DNA of 63,228 bases, the filler included, from Choristocarpus tenellus KU-1152 (Eukaryota > Protista > Phaeophyceae): the NCBI GenBank assembly GCA_964200185.2. It is 10 parts of 10 records of this genome, joined end to end, with 100 filler letters (N's around TTAATTAATTAA, not from the genome) between each part and the next. Parts side by side here need not be neighbours in the genome. Positions count along the whole stretch, not along the records: positions 50,034 to 63,228 come from CAXNAD020001557.1; 9 more parts are not named here. One strand, 5' to 3'. Shown one piece after another: positions 51,974-63,228 of the stretch. The notes under the pieces are model-generated. The model was not told the DNA's origin, did no database searches, and saw only the letters and a program-made list of their open reading frames with translations. Each line of letters begins with the position of its first letter. Position 1 is the stretch's first letter. A program made the position numbers and the translations under genes.

Positions 51974-54900
51974 CTGCATGATCAAAGACCGTTGTCTCCT
52001 GAATGAAGTGGTTGGTAGTGAGCAGTCATTGACCCCACCACCTTTTTTCCAGCCTCCATCCCAATCCATGCCCATTCCCCCCTCTGCTCCCATCCCAAGA
52101 CCTCCATCCTTGTTCCCCCTCCCTCCACCATTTGAAGATGATGGCAGACCTGTCATTCCCCCAGCAATGAACCCATCCACCCCTTGAGGCAACGGGCGCA
52201 CAAAGAAGGTGGTCAGGTCAGCATACACGCCTCCAGTCTTGTACAACTCCAGGATTGCCAAAAAAAGGTACACATATGCCTCTGGGATGGCGTCAGTAGT
52301 ACTCTGCAAGAGAAGAACCAAATTAAGGGGGGGAGGGGGGAGGGTGGCAAAGGAATGGAATATAAGTTACATTAAAATAATGAAAAGATAGAAACATTTA
52401 TGTATATATGTATGTATATAGGCTAACCCGATGTATTATGTATGTAGGGTTAGGGTCCAACAACTGTATACAGTTTTGGGAATGTATCATATCAATTTAT
52501 TCAAAACTGGTTAGGGATATATTATATCAATTTATTCCATTCATCCAGGAATAATCAATAATCAATAATCAATAACCAACATCAACATATGAGTATCCTT
52601 TCCCCCCTAGAGCCCTGATCTTCCCAGCAGCAGTCTACAAATTAATTAACGGGTAATTTTGTCACACTTATGTACACTGCTCTCTAACCCTAACCCTAAC
52701 CCTAACCCTATACTACCAAAAACCTCCTCGCAGTGTCCTGTACTGCTAACCTAACCCTAACCCTACTCAGTCCTTGGCGCACCTCACTTGTCCCCCAGGA
52801 AATTGAGCAGTTCTGGACCGATTTAGTTTTTTTTTTTTATCTTATCAAGAAGAAAACCCTTTGTTCACATTTCACAAACATAACCCTAACCTTAACTTGG
52901 CAACGGAATTGTTTGGTATTCAATGAAAAACTATATTTCTCAGTATTATCTCAGCTAAACACACACACATACCATACCTCAATGAAGGGTATCATACAAA
53001 ATTCAATCACTATAGAGTAACCATAATTAATAACATTAACATTAACTAATAATAGTAACATTAGCTAATAATAGGAACACTAACTAATAACATTAATATT
53101 GACTTGTAAAAGTAACATTAACCAATAACAGTAACATTAACTAGTAATAGTAACACAAACTAATAACATTTACATTAACTAATAATGGTAACATTAGCTA
53201 ATAATAGGAACACTAACTAATAACATTAATATTGACTAATAACAGTAACATTAACTAATAATAGTAACACTAACTAATACCATTAACATTAACTAATAAT
53301 CGCAACACTAATGACATTAACATTAACTAATAACAGTAACATTAACAAATGATAGTAACATTAGCTAATAATAGTAACAAAAATGATGACGATGACATAA
53401 CCTAATGATAGTAGCATGAAGTAATAATTTGTATCCTGCAGAGTGCAACGAAGTGATTTCTTCGTAGTACAAAGTGATTTCTTCGTAGTACAAAGTGATT
53501 TCATTGTGGTACAAAGTGGTACACGGCAAGAAGTTAATACAGCTTATTGCACTTCAGAGAAGAAGATCAACTCGTGTGTGACAAACCCCACAAAATTTTC
53601 TAAATTGACAATTCAAGGCCCCTAACACTAACCCTAACCCTAAAACATTGATAGAAGCACATCCAATAGGAGGTTAGAAAAAAAGTGTTCCAGTTTACGC
53701 AGGCTTAGTAGACATGATAGATAGGGTTAGGGTTAGGGTTATGTTTGACAATAAACACCTACATGAAGGTCTAGTGCAACAACCCTAACCCTACCCCTAA
53801 CCCAAACCCCAATATGTGCAAATTTTCAAACAAAAGTAATTTTCACAATAGGCTACACAAAGAGTACATAGAAAGGACAAGCCAATCCTCAAAGAGTCCT
53901 CAACGCTAACGCTAACCCTAACCCTACTACATCATGAGACGTTTCTTAAGAGGTTAGGGTTAGGGTTAAGAGGTCATTTCTCAAATTTCCTTGAAGCAAT
54001 GATGTTAGAAGGAGTATAAACCCTAGGAGGTATATCATTCCCAAACAGTCCCAAAACACACCTATCACACACATCAAGGTCATGCAGGAAGAGTTTGTAG
54101 TATACCATATGGCATTCTTTGCAAGGCCTTCAACACTCACCTTCAACACAACTACTGTAACTGCATCTTCCACTTGGTTTAGGACAAAGTGAACATAGTA
54201 TGCTAGAAGGCGTTCTTTGAACAACCTTCAATGTATTTAATGCAAACCCTCACCTGAAACACCCCCAAAGGCATGCCGTCCCCATAGAGTTTCCTCGCCT
54301 GATTCCGCTCCCACCAATGTCTGCCTGGTAACCACTTCCCACTTTCCTTGACATGGCTTGTGGACTTGCCAAAATACATCATCACCTAAAAATAAGAACA
54401 ATTACAGAGAAAAAGGATAAGAAGAATCACATCAACAAAAAAAAATAAAGCAAAAAATATCTACATGTCATGAAGGGGCATGTGGGACGTGTACCTCTTT
54501 TGTTTAGTCTATGTATATGATAGATAATAATAATACTACTACTAATACTACTAATAATACAAATAAATGCTCAAACAGTGTAGGGTGGAGTGAGGTGTGT
54601 ATATTGTATGTTTCTTGGTATACTACATATATGCACATAAATGTACATATATATGAAATTAAAACACCATATATATGTATAAAAGTAGGATACGCACACA
54701 AAATATGTGCACAAACATTTCATCTTATAAAGATACATACACATACTCAAGGAGTGCAAGTCTGAGATACTGTACCACAAAAGGGGTGATCACAGTGAGA
54801 GGGAGGTGCGTAGGTAGTGAGTAGAGCTCTATACATGTAGTACATACACACATCCCTAACCCTGAAGTAATACAAAATATTCCACTAATTGTGATACAAC

Positions 54901-57900
54901 AATATGTGTGTGTGTGTCATACAGTACAGTATATCCCCAGGAATGTTGAACATACACTTACTGTATACTGTATACTGTAAAAAGTATCATAATGTCCAGT
55001 ATACAGTATCGTATTTCACGAGTTGTGAGCAAAACATGTTTCTTGTCATCTGGATAAAAAAATGTGTAAGGTTGTCTATTACAAAGAGTGTTTCTTGCCT
55101 CTTATCCCTAACAAAAAAATATTTAGTCATTTAGATTGACCAGTCCAAGCTATTATTGCACTATAACACATCACAACACATCTCTCACCAACTGCTGAAA
55201 AAGAGTGTGTTCCTTCACCAAACCAAAATTTTCGCATTGAAAAAATACGGTTTCTCAACCTTTCTCAACCTTTCCCTCCCTAACCCTACCCTAAACACTA
55301 TTAACCACACACACCACTACAAAGCGAATCTATTTGAAGTAATCAACAACGATACCGTCAAGAACCAACTGCAGTGCTATGGTTCCTCCGAGAAAGTTCA
55401 CGGAAAAAACATAGGGTTAGGGTTAAAAAATATACAGGAAGTAGCACTAGTATTTCATAACGTTGATGCTAGCAATAGAGCACAGTTGTACTAAAGTGGT
55501 ACACATGTGGTGAGTACCTTTGTTGTGTGTTTGTGTATGAATATGCTCTCAAGGTCAGTGCACAGATTCTACAGTATCCATGACTGCCCTACTAGGGGAT
55601 CACAACCATGCGAGATGTAGGGATTGACCCTGATCTGATTGGCAGTACAGTATGTCTAGACTAGAATTTGATGACATCTACAGTAAAAAAATTACCATCC
55701 GCAACACACCTACAACGCCTTTCTCATCAACGCCTTTCTCATCAGAAACCCAGGGTTTCCCAACAGTATTCAGAAACCCACAGGAAACGATCCTGAAAAA
55801 TACTACAACGTACACATCACCATTTAACCCTAACCCTAACCCATTTACAAAGTACAATACAAAATTGTCTTCAGCACATGTGAGAAAGGTTGATAATTAC
55901 CCAATCTGTCGTAACCCTAACCCTATCGATCGAAACAATATGCAGTAGATACTATTTGCCTTCTGCACAGGTGAGAAAGGATGAGTCGCATCCAGGCTGA
56001 TCGGGAACATACACCTACTGTATTGCCTTTGGATAAACAAAGTGCTACATGTGCAAATTGGACCAACTCCCCTAACAATTCGGGCAGCCTGGATGTGGTT
56101 GGCCTTACACACCAACACGGCGAGCACCTAGTCACTGCACAAAAACAATTATTTACAGGGGATAGATGTTCCTCAACCATGCAATCATGTTAGTGTTAAG
56201 GGTGAGCTAGGGTTAGCATAACATGTACTCACATCAACATCATAACCTCTCTTGGTGTACTTCTGAAACTGTGTCATAGCAATCACATTTGCCCATTTGT
56301 ACATTAGGGCATAGCGAGGGCCTGCCCAGCATCCAAATAGTAAAACATCCCCATGCATGCACACACAATTAATCAGGTAGGGCGGCAAGAGGGAAAACAG
56401 AAGAGGGAGAGGGCAAGGGGGGCAGAAGTGGTTTAGTCCAGAGGATATTGCAGGGCACACAAACATTCAATGTAAGAAAAAAGGGCATAATACCCACACT
56501 CTTGCTGTGCTCTAGCAGTGTCCTACAATCACAACCTATTCATTTGATGAGAGCACCAAGGGAGGTAACAGAATCGAATTAGCTGTGATAGGGCTACGGG
56601 GGCTCACGGCGTTGTCCCTTTGGTTCTCAGAAAAATGCATCTATTGACAACGTTTGTGAGAAAACTCTGTTTGAACAGCTTTCCCTTCTGAACCCCTGCA
56701 AATACACCACATGTACATTATCACACACGACTTCTTACTCTCTCTCTCTCTATATATATATATATATCTCTTACACACACACAGATATATATATATATAT
56801 TCGCTATTACAAGCGCTAAAGACCACATGACATCATCAAAAACTAGAGTCCACCACAGAGAAAAAAAATCACGATCTTAATGAGTGGATCCTTTCCGGGC
56901 TTCTGCTTTTACCAATGGTGATGAATCGCACACAGGCCTCTGGGTAGACGTGCAGGATGCTCTCCAGCGCCCGGTACGAATATAGATTTAGGTTGTTACT
57001 TCCAAAGCCCCACGCAACCTGTATGTTGATAGGGTTTAGTGAGCGCTGCAGGGTGCCCTGTGGGTCCACACCCAATGGAGCCCAGAGCTCCAGATCTTCG
57101 TCTGGTATACCACCCCAGCCAGCGTTGTACTTGGACATCACCCGGTCCTCTTCCGAGGCACCGTCGTCGTCCCTGATAACCATATTGTGACTGGCGCCTC
57201 TAAAGCCCGGGCTAATGCGTGGATCATCGCTGACATTCTCCTCTACAGTATCTCCTCCACTCCGGGACGATGTCGGTCCCTGGTCATATGTAACAGCCGA
57301 TACACGTCCTGGACCAACGCCGGAATTGCTACTGACTTTAGGGCGGCCGAGAGAGGACCACAAGGCAGCCCGTGTACCCAAGGCATAGAAAAGAAGCGCC
57401 AGGCTAACGCACGAAAGCAGGATGATCTGCTTTGATCAACCATGTCGGTGATAGGGCACGAAAGCGGTACATGGGTTTGTTAGATGCGGGTGGAATATCT
57501 CTTCCCTGGATCGGGGGAGGATGAGCGCCAGTAGCTTACAAGTATATTGACTGAAGGGGTCCAAACCTAGGCGATGGTCACCCTAAGCTGTACAGGAAAA
57601 ATGGTCGAACTCAGTCAAAGGATGTCCCGAAAGTAAAATAATGGCGACAGCAGAACTACTGATAGCAGGAAGTATATAGAAATGTGTAGAACTATCTGTG
57701 GAGATGAAAAAGAGGTGCTCTAGGAAAAACCAAGTGGACTTGGGCATACTGGTATATAGATAGAGCAAACGCTCTTACGGGAATAAAGGTACCTGATACG
57801 GGTGAAGTCTCCAGCCTCTGAGTACAACTTTAAGGGAAACTTTTGCCAACATCAACACAACAAAGAAAATAGTGTAAGACAAAGATCTTCTATGGCTGAC

Positions 57901-58026
57901 CTTGACTGCCCGGTTGCTGTTGGCTCCTTGTCTAACTACTCCAGATACAGTCTTGTAGGGTTTCGAATTCCTTAGCCCAGGTGACCCTGCCAGCAGCGAC
58001 GGCCTTATCCCCTGACGCCGCTGCAT
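51974..58026 (-). CDS. Glycosyltransferase family 32-like (Gb3 synthase/OCH1-type) type II membrane protein; 3' end missing
   Basis: In-phase exons 58026-57901, 57426(or 57429)-56913, 56321-56233, 54385-54254 and 52303-51974. Features: basic N-tail, TM IILLSCVSLALLFYAL, stem region, YRALESILHVYPEACVRF, and LAILELYKTGGVYADLTTFFVRPL (the GT32 LY..GG.Y.D.D motif). Confidence 0.85.
53030..53380. repeat. AT-rich minisatellite (TAACATTAACTAATAATAG-like)
   Basis: Degenerate tandem units visible. Confidence 0.9.
53451..53517. repeat. 21-bp tandem repeat x3 (AAGTGATTTCTTCGTAGTACA)
   Basis: Directly visible. Confidence 0.9.
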
Positions 58027-58428
58027 CGCGGCAGTGTGATACAGCACACCTCAGTTACAGAGGGGACCCCTCCTCGACTTCTGTACCCCTCCAAGTAATA
58101 GGTTGTTGATAGAGGTCAGCATTACCCTTACCCTAAGAATGGAACGTGCTTTTAAAAACAAGGTTCTGAGGAGGGTGGTCCTATGGTTCCAGGGGTTATC
58201 TCAATATTCTCGATTCTTCCTGTGTTAAATACTATTATTGTCATAGACAATAAACGTTTCTTGATTGTTGATTGTACTACAAACAATAATAATACATTAG
58301 AAAATAGAAAATAGAAACTCACAATATACTCGGGCCTTCGCCAACCCAACACTCAAGTTGTGCGTTACTGTATATATATACACTCTGCCTTCCCTGCTAT
58401 CCTCACCCATCGCCCCTGATCCCCAGCG
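58027..58428. promoter_or_regulatory. Putative bidirectional promoter between the GT32-like and TOM70-like genes
   Basis: Divergent ATGs about 400 bp apart. AT-rich core and TATATATA at ~58371 inside a CpG-undepleted region. Confidence 0.6.
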
Positions 58429-61400
58429 ATGAATCAGGAGACCAGGATTGTTGTCGCGAGCGCCCTGGCAATAGCAGCAGCGTTTGTCTGCTACCATCTG
58501 TCCAGGCAAGTGGTTCATAGTGATGATGGTTGTGTTTCCTTGCTACGAAGGGTACAACCCACCTTGCTACGATTTTCTTCCGTTCTACCCTGATCTTATC
58601 GCAGTTTTTGTGTGGAAGTAACAGTCTCGACCTATGCCTCAGATACTATAGTCGCCTCTTTGGATCCTTTCTCTTTTGGGGGTGAAACGGGTGACCGTTG
58701 TCTCCCTGCCTCTGAAATTCTGTGCGTTACCCCACAACTATCAGTGCCCATACCAAGTCTCAGATTATAATACCGATATTTAGAGTTCGTTTTTGTTCTA
58801 GGGGGACTTTACTGAGCGGTCGCCTCGATGTCTCGATTCATTGCCTAAGGCCTCCGTCCTACTCCTCGCTGCAGTCGGCCCAGGTCTGCTTCATCCAAAG
58901 ATAGGAATGTACTCCCTGAGAAGGGGAAGGATACTGTATCCAGAGATCTCGATACACTCCGCGATCTCCCCCCCACTGCCATTGCCAGTGTTGACGCACC
59001 ATCTGCCACAACGGAGACAGGCAATGACGCCTCAGTCTCGAAATCAACAGACACCAACCCTTCTGACCAACAGATCCCAGGGGAAGGAACCACCAAATAT
59101 GTGAACACCGTGGAAGAATTGGAGGCGGTGAGTTCCCTGAATTTCTCGCTCTCCCCCACACAATAAGATGATCAACTTAGTGAAGTGTCAATTTCAGAGT
59201 CGGTGCTGATGACCACCCCACATCACCGTGCATTTGTTGGTTCTGCCTGTTTCTGCACACTCATCGCCTGCAATATTGCTTAACTCAAATCTTCTCTCTA
59301 CCGATTGTGGCTCTGGACTGACTGGCTGCGCGTCGACAATCAAGCTATTGATAGCCCTAAAGCCAATCCACTTCTAGGTGATAGGACTCAATGTTACCCT
59401 AATAATTCCCCTCCCAATTCACCTCCCTCCCTCCGTCTCAGTCCTGCTGTAAGACCACAAAATGTTTAGTTGAGTAGAAGTTTTGCTGATCATGATATGA
59501 TCATCACATTATTTCTTTCCGACTGCTGCAAAAATTTCGTTCCAACCGCTCGGAACCTGACACCCTTGGCTCAACTATGTTAGCAATTCAATTCTGCTAG
59601 CTCCATGGCAAAGAAGTTATTTTCGGGGCAGCGCTATGACGAGGCAGCAAAGAAATATGGGGAGGCGCTGGCATTGTGCGATGTGCTGGAGGGATACGGA
59701 CAGAAGCGGGTTGTTCTGCACAACAACAGGTCTTTGAATGGATGACATGTACTATGTGCCAATGGACTGGTAGTGAGCATGTGTGTGAGTTAGTTAGTGT
59801 GCCCTGTTTGAGATATTTGAATTCTCTCCTCGGACTAGATTTTTGCTGAAATTTGGATGTACAGTGCAGTGCACAGGGGAGTACTTTTTACACTCTTTTT
59901 TGAGAATCTAACTCCAACCCTAACACTACCCCTAACCTATGTTTGAAAAATAACCCTAAAGTATGACAGTGAGTGTTAGTGTCTCCCGAAGAGAGGGGAT
60001 CTCTCCAGTACAATCCAACAGGGGGAGGGGAAGGGGGCTGTCACATTGTGTGTCTCTTGGCAACACTGCTAATCTTGGTACATGCACCTGTTGTTCACAG
60101 CATGAATGATAATTGATATGTTGAGATCACCACAGTGGTGAAGGTGATGGATTTTGATCTACGTACACTTCCTGCTCACCATGTTACCATAGCCAAAGTT
60201 TAACCCATGTGTTTTTTATTAGTGTTGCCTTAACAGTTAGACACTGAAGTTTGTGGTGTAAGTTCAGGCCACATCCAACTCACTACACCCACCCACTCCT
60301 TAATATTAAGTAGAGCACCTCCCCCCACTCCACTGNNNNNNNNNNTTTGTGGTGTAAGTTCCCCCCACCCCCCACCCTCCCAACCTAACACCTATTTCTG
60401 GTACGGACATGACATTATAACAATGAGAAAGTTGAAAAAAGAAGGGGTGCATACATGAAGTCACTTCCACTATCAAGGGATTTTTGTCAATTAGTGCACT
60501 TCAGGAGTGTAGAGGAGCAGCACAACTTGGGGTTAGGGATGAAGTGGGAAGGGTTAGGGTTGCATGCTGTATGTGCATTACATGTATGTAACAGGCTTGT
60601 CTTTGTGTGGGTGAGGAAGTGGCAAGGGTGTCTAGGCAATGCTCTGTTCAAGATTTTGTTCCATGAACAAAGCGATGCTATTTTGCGATTTTGAAAGGGT
60701 CAGCTGTTGAACAGATCTGAAAATCTACTAGTTGGTTTTAGATTGTGTCGCACAAGAATGGTTGGAGTGTGACCTGCAATTTGGAGGGGGGTGACCACCA
60801 GACCCATCACCACCTTTTCGTGTAAGATCCAAATTACTCATCCTGCTGTCAAATTCAAACCATTACTTTGGGTTAGGGTTAGGGTTATTACATGCATTGG
60901 TCTGAATGATGCTTTCGTAGCATTATTGTGGGGTTTAAGGTTAGGGTTGGGAGGGAACCATTAACCCATTAAATAGAAGAAAGACCTGAGTCCTACCCCT
61001 CAATATGTCCGGCAGACTAGGTTTTATTTTTTGTAACAGAAAAGTTATAAATTCGTCCAAATTGACGGGAAGGTATATAGTAAGACCATCCAGTTTCACT
61101 CTTAAAGATACAAAATGTCCTTGAGTAGTTGTGTGCTCATTACACCCCCAACCCGCCAACCTCCTCCTAACCCTAACCCTAACCCCAAGTGCTACACTGC
61201 AAAATCATTCAAAGTATGGATTTAAATTCAAAATATTGTAATCAAGTGTCCAAAAGGCCTCAATCACACATCAACATAATGTCCAGTGTATTGGGTTGAT
61301 GAAGATAGGGTTAGGGTTAGGGTTTGGCTTATACTGCCAGTGATACACCTTTGACTACCATTTACTGACCTCCCTGAAGGTACTTAGTACTTGGCAATTT

Positions 61401-61774
61401 CTTACTTCTCAGCAAGTTGAGCAGTCCACCTCATTGTGGAGTCTCTTTTCCTGATTGTGTATGTACATATGTACATATGTATATATCATGTGGAAACAAT
61501 GGTAATCGTTCTTGTTCTGCCAAACTTCCCTCTTCAAATAATTTACATCCCCTAACCCTAACCCTAAATCATGTTTAGGAGTGCAGCTTATGAGAAGGCT
61601 GGAAAGTTTGGGCAGGCATTAGCAGAGTGCTCGCTGTGCTTGGCCATGGACCCGGTTCATTCCCTTGCAAGAGTGAGAAAGGCAAGGGTGTTGGATGCAA
61701 TGGGAATGAGAGAGGATGCACTCGCTGAGCTTTGTGCACATATGATCTTGGAGAGGGATAGGATGCAGGCAAAG
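58429..61774 (+). CDS. TOM70: TOM70-like mitochondrial import receptor (N-terminal signal anchor plus TPRs); 3' part beyond window
   Basis: In-phase exons 58429-58505 (MNQETRIVVASALAIAAAFVCYHLS), 58875-59127 (linker), 59584-59729 (AKKLFSGQRYDEAAKKYGEALALC...VLHNNR) and 61579-61774 (SAAYEKAGKFGQALAECSLCLAMDPVHSLARVRKARVL..). This is a TM-linker-clamp TPR architecture. Confidence 0.75.
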
Positions 61775-63228
61775 GTAACTGTTACATCATTTATTTTATT
61801 CATTTTATTGTTATCTTCTTGCCAATCTGAGCAATCTCCATATCATGGTCTCAAGGTGGTGTGGAGGAGCAGAAGTAGGTAATATATGCAACAATTTTTT
61901 TGTTTGTTTAGCCTGTTGCCTGAATTTGAATTTGAATTTAAATTGAAAAATAGTGTGTTTTGTTGATGCAGAATTTCGCGACCACCTCCATGGTACCACA
62001 GCCTTATACAATTAGCCAGTCCCTAGCATTGTCTGTGTACCCCCTTTCCTGTCTACTGTTACCATTCCCAATATCCAGAGATGACATCTCACATCGTACA
62101 GTATCTTGTTTTGTCAATGTAATCTTTGAAGTGTAGTGTCTTCTCAAGGATATTGTATTGTTGCCCTTGAGGGAGTATGTTAGTGGTCACTGTAAGGAAA
62201 GCAAAACAAATTGATGTCGAGAGATCACTCCTGTTGTACGCGCTGACAATTCCAATGTGGTGGTTTTATTAGTTGATTTGTGTTAGGGTTAGGGTTAGAG
62301 TTATGCTCGGTCTAGACCCTAACTCTAACCCTTCAGTATAGTGCTGGACAGAAGGGTGGCCATTGAGTAATTGTAACAAGTTGTTGCAGTGACTAGACAT
62401 CTCTCCATGCCATTTCCCTTGAGGTAGCAGTTAAGATGCAAAGGAGAGTTGGAAGTGTTAGGGTTAGGGTGTGATGACGGTGGGATGGGAATGGGGATGG
62501 GGATGGGGATGGCGATATTCCCCTGTAAACACTTTGTATCATAATTTGGTGGTCAGAATATACTTGAGTGCTTGTGTTCTGGAAAAGTGTAGTCTCTAAG
62601 TAGTCTATATGTGCACAAAAAATAAATATATTTCACAAGTGTTTTTTTTATTCCTTGTGTTGTGGCTATGGCCATGTCAGTTGGTACCATCACTATTAGT
62701 TGTAAACATCACTATTAGTCCCCAATGTCATATTTTGATCTCTACTTCTAAACATGGTTACGTGATAGTGTTGCCCCAACGTTAACCCCAACCCTAACTA
62801 GCGCTAGAGGCATTAATACTGTGTATTTACTTAGGGTTAGGTATTTTCCCACCAAATTCAAATTCAATTATTGGCATGCACTACTGCACTGTTTCACTAT
62901 TTGGGGTTAGGGTTAGGAGGTGATGCTCGTGACTCCTTGAGCTACACAGTCGAGATCAGTTATTATACCAATAATAATATCGCAAATATCACAAAGCATG
63001 CCTATTGTTTAAATCAAGGGGAAAGAAAGTATGTCCAATATATTGAACAACAGATTCATTGTAACTTCTCCCCTCCAGATTGTCGATGTTGACAACTTGG
63101 TACGACATTCATGAGAAAGTGCAATATGTAGTGTATGCCCACAGTCATCCCTCAACCCCCCCCCCCCCTATTGATATAACATTTCCTCTTTTTACCTCCC
63201 CAATCACCCACACTCACAAACAGTCCCC

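Noticed and set aside
3109-63228. Functional gene cluster (CTL + PNPO + U2AF + GT32 + TOM70)
   Set aside because: The genes lie on separately joined contigs. Only GT32 and TOM70 are physically adjacent.

Overview
Eukaryotic, intron-rich genomic DNA, most likely a stramenopile of the brown-algal lineage. That assignment is inferred from the long introns, interstitial TTAGGG/CCCTAA repeats and gene content. The window is not one locus: it is 10 contigs joined by artificial 100-nt linkers (N44-TTAATTAATTAA-N44), so neighbourhoods across linkers mean nothing. Five partial genes were reconstructed by hand with phase-consistent exons: a 12-exon choline transporter-like (CTL/SLC44) gene (-), a pyridox(am)ine 5'-phosphate oxidase with a long low-complexity N-terminus (+), a U2AF65-like RS/RRM splicing factor (-), a GT32-type glycosyltransferase (-), and a head-to-head TOM70-like TPR protein (+). 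The rest is transposon debris (three related MITE families sharing a ..AAAG terminal core, a Stowaway-like MITE, two transposase relics, possible LINE relics), decayed short-intron orphan genes and minisatellites. No single new operon-like system can be supported. The most unusual signals are genome-level. (i) Splicing code: 4 of 27 reconstructed donors are CAG|GCAAG, many acceptors are purine-rich AAG, introns are G-rich at the 5' end and C-rich at the 3' end, and telomere-like or MITE sequence sits at branch-point positions. (ii) CpG is strongly depleted in gene bodies but not at 5' ends, suggesting gene-body methylation.
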